32,000 nt of DNA from Methanothermus fervidus DSM 2088 (GCA_000166095.1 CP002278.1:810001-842000), one strand, 5' to 3'. Counted from the stretch's first letter, positions 9,201 to 16,259 are shown. The notes: generated by a model not told the origin, from the sequence alone. A program made the numbers and translations.

Positions 9201-10406
9201 TATAAATTCACCAGGAGCTACTAGGATGTCACCTAAAAACAATATTTCATCTATTTCATTTTTAATTTTCCTGGCTTCTTCTCTACTTTTAACTTTTATG
9301 ACATCTCCATTCTTTAATTTAACAATAGGTCCTTCAACACTATCTACAGGAACAACACAATTTCCTTTTCCCGGTCTTTCAATTTTCATCTGAGTTCCTA
9401 CTGCTGTAAATTCCAATATTTCCATTGTAGCAGGGTGTAATCCCATGGCTGCCAAACCAGTATTCCTTGCCCTTCCATATCTTAATCTAAAACCACCTTT
9501 TTTTGAAGGATAAGCCAAAACTGGTCTTCCACCAATTACATCTTTTAAATATTTATCATTGGGTTTTACATTGACTTCTTCTTCATCTTCCTCTACTTTT
9601 AAAAATTTTTTTAACCATTTCCAATTATCTAAATTTAATTTTTCAGCATATTTTACAACCTTTGAAGCCTTTTGTATTAATCCTTCTACAAGCACTAATA
9701 AGGCTCCACCACGTAAATGATTTGTTTCGACTCTCTCAAGGTTACGATATGATACTTCAATTTTGTCTGTTGGTTCACCTGTTATCTCTACAGGTATATT
9801 ACTAGCAACTAATCTCACTTCATCTGGAGATGGAGAATATTGAAAATTAGTTACTTCTGATTCATATAATTCAACTTCTTCCACATACCTCTCTATTTCT
9901 TCTTCAATTGGTTTATAAACATCTAAACCTAATTCTTTACGGATATAATCAGCTATAAGTACAGAAAGTGCTGATGCTGTCCCACCAGCACTACGAATAG
10001 GTCCTGCATAATATACTGATAAATATTTAGTACCATCATAATTATCTTTAATTTTAACTTTAGCAATTCCTTCAATAGGGGCTGCCACAACACCTTCAGT
10101 AAGCACTGCCATAGAAGTTCTTAAAGCCTGTTCAGCCATTTTTTCCTTGTTATTACCTTTTGATACAATTTTTTTGGCTATAGTGAATGCTATGTTTTCT
10201 CTACTTATGCCTTTTTCTTCTAGCTTTTTTATTTCTTTTGATATACCTTTGGGACCTACAATACCTTCTACTCTTTCTGCTAAATCTTTAGCTAATGGAA
10301 TTTCAGGCGTTGGACTAGGATCAAGTCCTTTTGATCTTGCTGTTTCGGCAATTTTATATACTTTTTTAATTTCTTTTTCTAAAGAATCAAAATACTCGTT
10401 TACCAT
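6282..10406 (-). CDS. polC: DNA polymerase II (PolD) large subunit DP2, intein-containing precursor
   Basis: The N-terminus MVNEYFDSLEKEIKKVYKIAETARSKGLDP matches the DP2 family. Zn-finger-like CKKCKINSFRSVCPYC and CTTCNKKY...CECGG. Catalytic AAKRRN/CDGDED motif interrupted by an in-frame intein. The ORF-track start 10421 is TTG. ATG at 10406 is preceded by GAGGGAT plus a 6-nt spacer, so it is preferred. Precursor 1374 aa, predicted spliced product 1069 aa. Confidence 0.97.
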   Translation of the reverse strand: MVNEYFDSLEKEIKKVYKIAETARSKGLDPSPTPEIPLAKDLAERVEGIVGPKGISKEIKKLEEKGISRENIAFTIAKKIVSKGNNKEKMAEQALRTSMAVLTEGVVAAPIEGIAKVKIKDNYDGTKYLSVYYAGPIRSAGGTASALSVLIADYIRKELGLDVYKPIEEEIERYVEEVELYESEVTNFQYSPSPDEVRLVASNIPVEITGEPTDKIEVSYRNLERVETNHLRGGALLVLVEGLIQKASKVVKYAEKLNLDNWKWLKKFLKVEEDEEEVNVKPNDKYLKDVIGGRPVLAYPSKKGGFRLRYGRARNTGLAAMGLHPATMEILEFTAVGTQMKIERPGKGNCVVPVDSVEGPIVKLKNGDVIKVKSREEARKIKNEIDEILFLGDILVAPGEFINNNHPFMPSAWCEEWWKKLLNKDIEPKNAKEAFEISKKYNVPLHPKYTYFYHDVSVKELNRLYNWLRSSKYISGKGLRLKISDEKKILEKLGVPHHIKDSKVIIKDDHAYALLNTLRKPLDESLDDPLKALNKISPVKIMPKAPTYIGGRIGRPEKSKERRMRPAPHVLFPIGKSGGNRRNIVEAAKKVNITVEISRRRCKKCKINSFRSVCPYCKSKTELLNPKKRKINIKSMLERAYKNTNTRGLDEIKGVEGMISSKKLPEALEKGILRAKNGVSTFKDGTIRHDSTNLPLTHFTPKEIGVDIEKLKELGYKKDCYGRDLVSDDQILELKVQDIIISEDCASYLMKVANFVDDLLEKYYGLPRFYNVKKKEDLVGHLVAALAPHTSAAIVGRIIGFTKASACYAHPYFHAAKRRNCFPGDSKILVQIDGKISKMRIDELYEKFYNEKNENKAYVRDRTDHNIKAYSFDKNKKKVVLSDIKEVLKVPTTDHLIKIILEDNRSFETTIDHPVIVYEDGKFKEKRAFEVQKGDSIFIPRVRLNEKNYDDPKLDSMVKIIGYYLREGENCGDKVTLPSSAEKYVKKVFGNNYDKNNGKLILDSSQPFLKDLRNNKLPDFVFNLSKEKIHEMIKIATDDDLRIRGKKELLEEIDLLLISKLGIFGKYEYNGNEAILKISNTEEKDGKILKVKKIEIIKPKEDYVYSLNVDNYHTILINENILTHQCDGDEDSVMLLLDALLNFSKYYLPEKRGGSMDAPLVLSTRIDPEEIDDEAHNIDTMQELPLEFYNETMKYADPSKVEKLIDNVKKHLGTSKQYKQLWFSHNTSKIDGAPKTCLYKKLGKMEEKVDSQLSLAKKIRAVDHKDTAERVLVSHFLPDIAGNVRAFLRQKVRCTTCNKKYRRIPLSGKCECGGNLVLTVSKGSVIKYLDVATKLKEEYPLDPYVKQRIKLLESTIKSLFENEKLKQTSLMDFI
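7032..7946 (-). mobile_element. Intein (305 aa) with a LAGLIDADG-type homing endonuclease domain, inserted in the DP2 catalytic motif; C-terminal residue Gln
   Basis: Junctions were read directly. N-extein ...HAAKRRN | CFPGDSKILVQIDG (block A, Cys1 codon at 7944-7946). Block B TTIDHPVIV (TxxH). Block F/G YVYSLNVDNYHTILINENILTHQ | CDGDED (Gln codon 7032-7034, +1 Cys 7029-7031). The central region has IIGYYLREGEN (LAGLIDADG motif 1). In frame, 915 nt. Confidence 0.92.
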
Positions 10407-10450
10407 GAATTTATCCCTCAATGATAAATTTTGTCCTTTTGTATCATCTA

Positions 10451-10473
10451 AAAAAACATTTATTATGTTTTTT
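10451..10473. repeat. Perfect 9-bp inverted repeat AAAAAACAT-ttatt-ATGTTTTTT in the divergent intergenic region
   Basis: Read directly from the sequence: arms 10451-10459 and 10465-10473, 5-nt spacer. It overlaps the candidate polC TATA region. The low-complexity arms reduce its significance. Confidence 0.5.
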
Positions 10474-10479
10474 ATTATA
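10458..10479 (-). promoter_or_regulatory. Candidate TATA-box region for the polC-led minus-strand gene array
   Basis: The minus strand reads CTATAATAAAAAACATAATAAATG, with two TATA-like octamers about 55-70 nt upstream of ATG 10406. That would give a roughly 30-nt or longer leader containing the SD. AT-rich background makes the assignment weak. Confidence 0.3.
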
Positions 10480-10510
10480 GTTTTTTCTTAAAAAATAAAA
10501 TTAAAATAAT

Positions 10511-10529
10511 TTTGAAAAAAGTTATATAC
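10511..10529 (+). promoter_or_regulatory. Candidate BRE/TATA promoter for the CobN-like / ExbB-like genes
   Basis: Purine-rich GAAAAAAG followed by TTATATAC (10522-10529). The expected TSS about 24-27 nt downstream (near 10552) gives a roughly 30-nt leader carrying SD GGAGGTGA (10570-10577), 4 nt before TTG 10582. Confidence 0.45.
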
Positions 10530-10581
10530 AACTTTACAATACCAATGAAATAAAAGTAATAACAAAAAAGGAGGTGAAAAG

Positions 10582-13500
10582 TTGAGGAAGTTTTTAGTGA
10601 TTGCATTGTTTGCAGTGTTTTTATTGATTTCAGGAGCTTTTGCTGAAAATGTGACTATGACTGATAAAGATGGTAATTTTATTTTTGAAAATGTAACACA
10701 AAAACCTCACATACTTTGGATTGAAAATAAAGACTTTCAAGTAAATAATATATGTGCAGAGAAAATTGTGTTAAGATTAGAACCTGATAAAAGCAATAGA
10801 AGTATAGTAGGTCCTATAGATGTATATGCAGAATTTAAGGGAACAAAAATACAAGGAAAAGTTTGTTTAAATGGTAAAGGTGTCCCAAACATACATGTCT
10901 ATGATCCAGAAGAAATAAATTTGGTAGTGTTTGGTGCTAGACAATCAATGATTCAAGCTGCTTATCAACTTTGTAAAGATTATCCCGAAATTAAACCTAT
11001 TTTTATTGGAGACCAAAATATTACAGAAACTGAAATAAAGAATTTGATAGAAAAAGCAGATATTATTTTCATAGGCATGACAAGTACTTATTGGACAATA
11101 AAAGGAATTTATGACAAAAATCCTAGTATTTTCAGTGGTAAAACTGTTTGGTCAGGCATTATGTATGCTGAAAGCATGAATCTAACAAAAATCAGAGGCG
11201 AAACTGTTTTTAAAGGTTTTACATTAAGTCAACTACAAAACATCTATGATGGAATTCACGCTGCCAAAGATCAATTTAATTATATACTGAATTTAACAAG
11301 GCAGTACCCAAATGACCATCCAATTCAATTCTGGTTATATTTAAGACTTGTATACAACAATGCGTGTCCAGATGATTACTACAATGGTTTTCTATACATG
11401 GTGTGGACACATACAAGAAATGATAAATACAAGAAATTTTTACCAATTGAAAAATTGAAAAAGCCTGATTACTTTATTTACAGAGATGGATCATTGTATA
11501 CTAGTTTTGATGATTACAAAAAATTTATAGATCCTTCAAAACCAACAGTTGGAATTGTAGTGATGTATTCAACTTATAGTGATGGAAATATATACATAGC
11601 TGAAGAAATAGCGAAAAAACTTGAATCAAAGGGTTTAAATACAATAATAGTTGTTGGAAAATATTATCAACCAATATTTAAAGGCATACAAGAATATTTC
11701 TGGGATTCCACAAAAAATAAAAGCAGAGTAGATTTAATAATTTCGATGTGTGCTTTCACAATTGGAGGAGCTACTGGCAGTGTAAACGCAAGTGATGCAG
11801 CCAAATTTTTTGAAAAACTTAATGTACCTGTATTATTAGCAATAATATCTTCTGATGTAACAAAGGAAGAATGGTATATATCAGAAAAAGGTTTAAGTTT
11901 TACAGCAGTTTATCGTTGGCTTGCAATGCCTGAACTACAAGGTGTATCAGAGCCAATTATCGTTGCTCTTCCCAAAATTGTTAGGGATTCACTAACAGGT
12001 GCAATTGTTAAAAGACCAGAAATTTTACCAGAGAGAATAAATAAATTAGTTGAAAGGGCATGCAATTGGATTAAATTAAGATATAAACCAAATTCTGAAA
12101 AAAAGATAGCATTTATCATTTATAACCATGAGGCAGGTAAAGCAAACATAGGTGCATCTCTCCTAAATGTTCCAGAAACATTGATAGAAATTTTGAAAAG
12201 ATTAAAACAGGAAGGCTACAATGTAAGTGAAATTCCAAACAATGCTACTGAACTTGTCAACATTTTACTTAAGAAAGCTATAAATGTGGCTACTTGGGCA
12301 CCTGGTGAACTAGAAAAATTAGCTAAGTATGCAATACTTTGGGATGCTAACGAATATGTAAATTGGTTTAAAAAACTTGATCCTCTAGCACAAAAATGGA
12401 TGGTTGAAGGTCCTGTAGGGTACTTAGAAGCAATAATTAAAAAAGCTATCGAAGTAAATGAGAGAAAAGAAATATTTAGAAGAATAGAACAATGGAAGGA
12501 AGAAACTGGAAACGCAATAAAAAATGTACTAAAAGATGATCAAAATAAACTACAAAAAGCCTTGTCACTTCTAGATCAAATAGTGCAATGTGCAAATCAG
12601 TTGCTTAACAACACAGACAATGAAACCTGGAACAAATTTTATGAGTTAAAAAAGGAATTACAAAAGATGGAGATTGATGGACTAAGTGGATGGGGAGAAC
12701 CACCTGGTAACAGAATGGTTATTGAGAAAGATGGCAAAAAATACATTGTAATTCCTGGAGTAATATTTGGAAATATATTCATTGGTCCTGAACCATTGGC
12801 AGGCTATATAGGGGACGAAGCTGCTTTATACCATTGTCAAGTACTTCCAAGACCACACCAATTTTTAGCATTTTATGCATGGCTTGAAAATGTTTTCAAA
12901 GCAGACGCAGAAATACATGTTGGTAAACATGCTAAATATGAGTGGAGTGTCCTTAGACAAACAGCATTAGGTCCCGATGACACACCTGACATTTGTGTTG
13001 GAAATGTGCCTCAACCCTACATCTATATAGTAGATGATATAGGTGAAGGTTTACAAGCAAAAAGAAGAGGATCAGCAATAATTGTTGACCATAGAGTTCC
13101 TGCATTAAGAAATTCAAACCTTTACGGTAATTTAACAGAATTAGCAAACCTAATTAATCAATATAGACAAAGCAGTCCAGAAAATAAAGATTTAAGATCA
13201 AACATAATTTCAATTTTGAAACAAGAAGTTAAAAAACGTGGAATAGATAAAGAACTTGACATAAACCTTGATAACATCACTGACGATGAACTAGTGGAAG
13301 CTGTAGATGATTATCTATCAGATATGACAAGTATGTATATGTACTATGGATTAACAACGTTTGGTAGGCCTTTCAACGATGAAGAACTCTCATATATGGT
13401 ATCAGCAATGCTTTCCATTGATGGAACAAATTATACAGCGCTGCCAAATTTAATTGGAAAAATTAAAGGCATAAATTATGATAAAGCTACAGCACTAATA

Positions 13501-15567
13501 AAAGATGAAATTAACAATCAATGTATAGAAATTTGTAAAAAGTTAATTTCAGGAAAATCTGTAGACGAACTAGCGAGGGAATTAACTAATAATCAAACCT
13601 TACAAGAGGAAATAATAAAAACTTTAAAAGCAGGTCTAAAATATCTTGATCTTTTCAAACAGTGTCCAATATGTGAAATGAACAATCTTATCAATTGCTT
13701 GAATGGCGGATTTGTACCACCAAGGATTGGAAATGATCCTCTAAGAAATCCAGATTCATTGCCAACAGGTGCCAATTTTTATGGTATTGATCCATCTTTA
13801 GTTCCTACGAGAGCTGCATACCAATTAGGTTCAAAGCTGGCAAACATGACAATCCAAAAATTAGGAAAAGTACCAGAGAAAATTGGAATGATATTATTCG
13901 CTGTAGAAACTCAAAGAGATCAGGGAGCAAATATCGCATTTGTACTTTATATGATGGGTGTAAAACCAATTTATAATCCTGCAGGTAGAGTACAAGGTGT
14001 TGAAGCAATTCCACTTTCTGAATTAGGAAGACCCAGAGTTGACGTAATAATACAGAGCAGCGGATTATTTAGAGATCTCTTCAGCTATTCTGTTGTCAAT
14101 GTTTTAGATATTGGAGCTAGAGTAGCATTGGCAGCATCGTATAACACCATTATTAAGAAATATCCTGAACTCCAGGCTGAATTAGATAAGGCAATGAAAC
14201 CATTAATAGAAAGAAATATTCTTAAAAAAGGAGATGACCCAATAGAAATGAATTATATTGCAAAACATTGGATAGAACTCGTCAAGAAAGGATATGATGG
14301 GGATTTGGCTATATCAAGAGTTTTCACAGAGCCTGTTGGTGATTATGGAACAAGAATAGCTGAAGCTGTAGAACAGGCAAGCACTTGGAAAGATAGAGAC
14401 AAACTTGCCACCCTTTACTTAACAAGAATGTGCCATGTTTACTCAAACACTAACTGGGGTATTGCAAATAGAAATCTATTTGAAGATTTATTAAAAGGAA
14501 CTGAAGCTGTATTCCACACTCGTACAAGTAATGCCTATGGAATTGTAGATAATGATGATTGGGCCCAATATCTAGGTGGTCTTTCATTAGCTGTAGAAAA
14601 AGTTAATGGATGGAAAGCACCTGCAGCTTATATACTTGAATATAGTAATCCTGCTAGACCATGTGTAGAACCACTTTCATATGCTATAGGTAGGGAAATT
14701 AGGGCAAGATATCTCAACCCAGAATGGATTAAAGGAATGATGAAAGAAGGATATGCCGGAGCTAGACAGTTTAGTGAAAAATTTGTTTCATATGTTTGGT
14801 TATGGGATGCAGTTACTCCACATGCAATCCACGACGAACAATGGAATGAAATTGTCAATGTTTACGTCAAAGACATCTACAACCTAGGCCTTAAACAATT
14901 CTTCAACACCCATAACCCCTGGGCAAGACAATCATTAATAGCTACGGCATTAGTGGCAGCATACAAAGGATTCTGGAAAGCAGATAGAGAAACTTTAACT
15001 TTCCTAGCAAGAGAATACATTGAAAGTGTCAATAAGTATGGAGTTACATGCTGCCATCACACATGTGGCTATATCGACCTAAACAACTTCATAGTTAGAA
15101 TATCAAATATGCCACTTCCATCATTACAAAAATTTGCAGCTGCATTTGCAGAAGCTACTGGAGTTAAGTTATCAATCCCTGGAATTCCAACATCCATTCC
15201 AGGAGCACCATCACAACTAGGAGCTCCAACTGCATTAGGAAGAGTAGGAATTGGAACTGCAGCAACAAGGGGAGTTTCACCAGGAATTTCAGGTCCTTCA
15301 GGTAGAGTTGGTGGTGAAATTGGTACAAGAGGAGCAGCTCAAGCTGCTGGAGCTGCAAGTAAATCCTCATCAGAATCAGGTGCTACAGGTAAAGCAGGAA
15401 TTACAGGTGCTGCAGCAGGTAAAGGAGCAGGAAAAGCATATGAGATTACACCAGTGTCTAAAGGAATTGGAAGTCCATCATCAGTGCCATTCGCAGGAAT
15501 AATCGGAGTTATAATATTGATTGCATTAATAGCAGCAGGATATCTATTGAGGAGGCCTGAGCGATAG
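10582..15567 (+). CDS. Exported, membrane-anchored CobN / Mg-chelatase-H-family protein (1661 aa)
   Basis: TTG start with a strong SD. N-terminal Sec-type signal peptide MRKFLVIALFAVFLLISGAFA|EN. A small beta-sandwich-like N-domain (TDKDGNFIFENV). CobN family core, e.g. GNIFIGPEP...YHCQVLPRPHQFLAFYAWLENVFKADAEIHVGKHAKYEW...GNVPQPYIYIVDDIGEGLQAKRRGSAIIVDH (about nt 12770-13110). G/A/S/P-rich low-complexity stalk (about 15166-15480). C-terminal TM helix FAGIIGVIILIALIAAGYLL plus basic tail RRPER. Confidence 0.9.
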   Translation: MRKFLVIALFAVFLLISGAFAENVTMTDKDGNFIFENVTQKPHILWIENKDFQVNNICAEKIVLRLEPDKSNRSIVGPIDVYAEFKGTKIQGKVCLNGKGVPNIHVYDPEEINLVVFGARQSMIQAAYQLCKDYPEIKPIFIGDQNITETEIKNLIEKADIIFIGMTSTYWTIKGIYDKNPSIFSGKTVWSGIMYAESMNLTKIRGETVFKGFTLSQLQNIYDGIHAAKDQFNYILNLTRQYPNDHPIQFWLYLRLVYNNACPDDYYNGFLYMVWTHTRNDKYKKFLPIEKLKKPDYFIYRDGSLYTSFDDYKKFIDPSKPTVGIVVMYSTYSDGNIYIAEEIAKKLESKGLNTIIVVGKYYQPIFKGIQEYFWDSTKNKSRVDLIISMCAFTIGGATGSVNASDAAKFFEKLNVPVLLAIISSDVTKEEWYISEKGLSFTAVYRWLAMPELQGVSEPIIVALPKIVRDSLTGAIVKRPEILPERINKLVERACNWIKLRYKPNSEKKIAFIIYNHEAGKANIGASLLNVPETLIEILKRLKQEGYNVSEIPNNATELVNILLKKAINVATWAPGELEKLAKYAILWDANEYVNWFKKLDPLAQKWMVEGPVGYLEAIIKKAIEVNERKEIFRRIEQWKEETGNAIKNVLKDDQNKLQKALSLLDQIVQCANQLLNNTDNETWNKFYELKKELQKMEIDGLSGWGEPPGNRMVIEKDGKKYIVIPGVIFGNIFIGPEPLAGYIGDEAALYHCQVLPRPHQFLAFYAWLENVFKADAEIHVGKHAKYEWSVLRQTALGPDDTPDICVGNVPQPYIYIVDDIGEGLQAKRRGSAIIVDHRVPALRNSNLYGNLTELANLINQYRQSSPENKDLRSNIISILKQEVKKRGIDKELDINLDNITDDELVEAVDDYLSDMTSMYMYYGLTTFGRPFNDEELSYMVSAMLSIDGTNYTALPNLIGKIKGINYDKATALIKDEINNQCIEICKKLISGKSVDELARELTNNQTLQEEIIKTLKAGLKYLDLFKQCPICEMNNLINCLNGGFVPPRIGNDPLRNPDSLPTGANFYGIDPSLVPTRAAYQLGSKLANMTIQKLGKVPEKIGMILFAVETQRDQGANIAFVLYMMGVKPIYNPAGRVQGVEAIPLSELGRPRVDVIIQSSGLFRDLFSYSVVNVLDIGARVALAASYNTIIKKYPELQAELDKAMKPLIERNILKKGDDPIEMNYIAKHWIELVKKGYDGDLAISRVFTEPVGDYGTRIAEAVEQASTWKDRDKLATLYLTRMCHVYSNTNWGIANRNLFEDLLKGTEAVFHTRTSNAYGIVDNDDWAQYLGGLSLAVEKVNGWKAPAAYILEYSNPARPCVEPLSYAIGREIRARYLNPEWIKGMMKEGYAGARQFSEKFVSYVWLWDAVTPHAIHDEQWNEIVNVYVKDIYNLGLKQFFNTHNPWARQSLIATALVAAYKGFWKADRETLTFLAREYIESVNKYGVTCCHHTCGYIDLNNFIVRISNMPLPSLQKFAAAFAEATGVKLSIPGIPTSIPGAPSQLGAPTALGRVGIGTAATRGVSPGISGPSGRVGGEIGTRGAAQAAGAASKSSSESGATGKAGITGAAAGKGAGKAYEITPVSKGIGSPSSVPFAGIIGVIILIALIAAGYLLRRPER

Positions 15568-15605
15568 TCTTTTATTTTTCATTTTAAAAAGAAGGGGGTG
15601 ATAAA

Positions 15606-16259
15606 TTGCCAGCAGTCCCAGGATCAGAAGCACTCCAAGGAATTATGCATGTAGTTTCACAAAGCCTCCTAATCCCAGCAATAGTAACATTGCTGGCATT
15701 TGTTGCTTATAGTGTAGTTGCACTTGGAGGATTGATTGCTGAATATGTTGGAAGGGTTAGAGTTGATGTAGATGAAATAAAGGAAGCCATATACAACATC
15801 TCAAATCCAGGGGATCCAAAGGAGATAATAGAGATAATAAATAATTCAAAGCTCCCAGAGAGGCAAAAAGAAATATTAACAGATATTGCAAACACAGAGG
15901 ACTTAGATTCAAGGACAAGAGAAGCACTTGCAAGGAGATATGTTGAAGGAGAAGAACTGAAAGCCATGAAATCTGTTGAAATAACAGATTCAATAACAAG
16001 GCTTGGTCCACAGGTAGGACTCCTCGGAACTTTAATTCCAATAGGTCCTGGATTAGTTGCTTTGGGAGCCGGAGACATAACTCAGCTAGCAAATCACTTC
16101 TTAGTTGCTTTTGATGCAGCAATACTTGGACTTGCTTCAAGTGCAATCTCTTTCTTTGTATCAAAGGTTAGGAAAAGATGGTTTGAGGAATATCTGGTTA
16201 ACTTGGAAACTCTGGCTGAGGCTATATTGGAGGTGATGGAACAACCATCCATAAAATAA
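15606..16259 (+). CDS. MotA/TolQ/ExbB-family proton-channel protein
   Basis: 217 aa. TTG start preceded by GGGGGTGAT plus a 3-nt spacer. Three-TM layout: TM1 at residues about 20-45, a soluble loop, then TM2/TM3. Family-like motifs QVGLLGTLIPIG (compare GLFGTVWGI of ExbB/TolQ) and FLVAFDAAILGLASSAISFF (compare PGIAEALxxTxxGL), with Asp170 (nt 16113-16115) at the position of the conserved TM3 acidic residue. Confidence 0.8.
   Translation: MPAVPGSEALQGIMHVVSQSLLIPAIVTLLAFVAYSVVALGGLIAEYVGRVRVDVDEIKEAIYNISNPGDPKEIIEIINNSKLPERQKEILTDIANTEDLDSRTREALARRYVEGEELKAMKSVEITDSITRLGPQVGLLGTLIPIGPGLVALGAGDITQLANHFLVAFDAAILGLASSAISFFVSKVRKRWFEEYLVNLETLAEAILEVMEQPSIK

Noticed and set aside
6282-10421. Possibility that polC is disrupted or a pseudogene because of a roughly 0.9-kb foreign insertion
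   Set aside because: The insertion is in frame, has all the splicing blocks (Cys1, TxxH, penultimate His, +1 Cys), and its flanks rejoin into a conserved motif. That makes it an intein, not a disruption.
10421-10447. 6-bp inverted repeat ATGATA-N15-TATCAT next to the polC start
   Set aside because: It is too short to be significant in DNA that is roughly 80% A+T, and it falls partly in the rejected TTG-extended N-terminus.
10530-10581. Cobalamin or other riboswitch upstream of the CobN-like gene
   Set aside because: The predicted leader is only about 30 nt and almost pure A/T, which is too short and unstructured for any riboswitch aptamer.
15164-15502. Alternative-frame ORFs in the CobN-like stalk region (15251-15502 plus strand, 15164-15370 minus strand) with Q/L/E-rich repetitive translations
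   Set aside because: They are by-products of the repetitive GGA/GCA/GGT codon run of the low-complexity linker. They are nested in a long ORF that continues uninterrupted into a TM anchor.
10582-15567. Annotating the 1661-aa protein as a bona fide cobaltochelatase CobN of B12 synthesis
   Set aside because: The signal peptide, surface stalk and membrane anchor, the absence of cobS/cobT-like neighbours, and the anaerobic (early cobalt insertion) pathway expected in methanogens all make the classical role implausible. I kept it as 'CobN-like'.
15707-16164. Two minus-strand ORFs (123 and 135 aa) opposite the ExbB-like gene
   Set aside because: The plus-strand frame has the SD, the TM pattern and the family motifs. 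The antisense frames have no start context.
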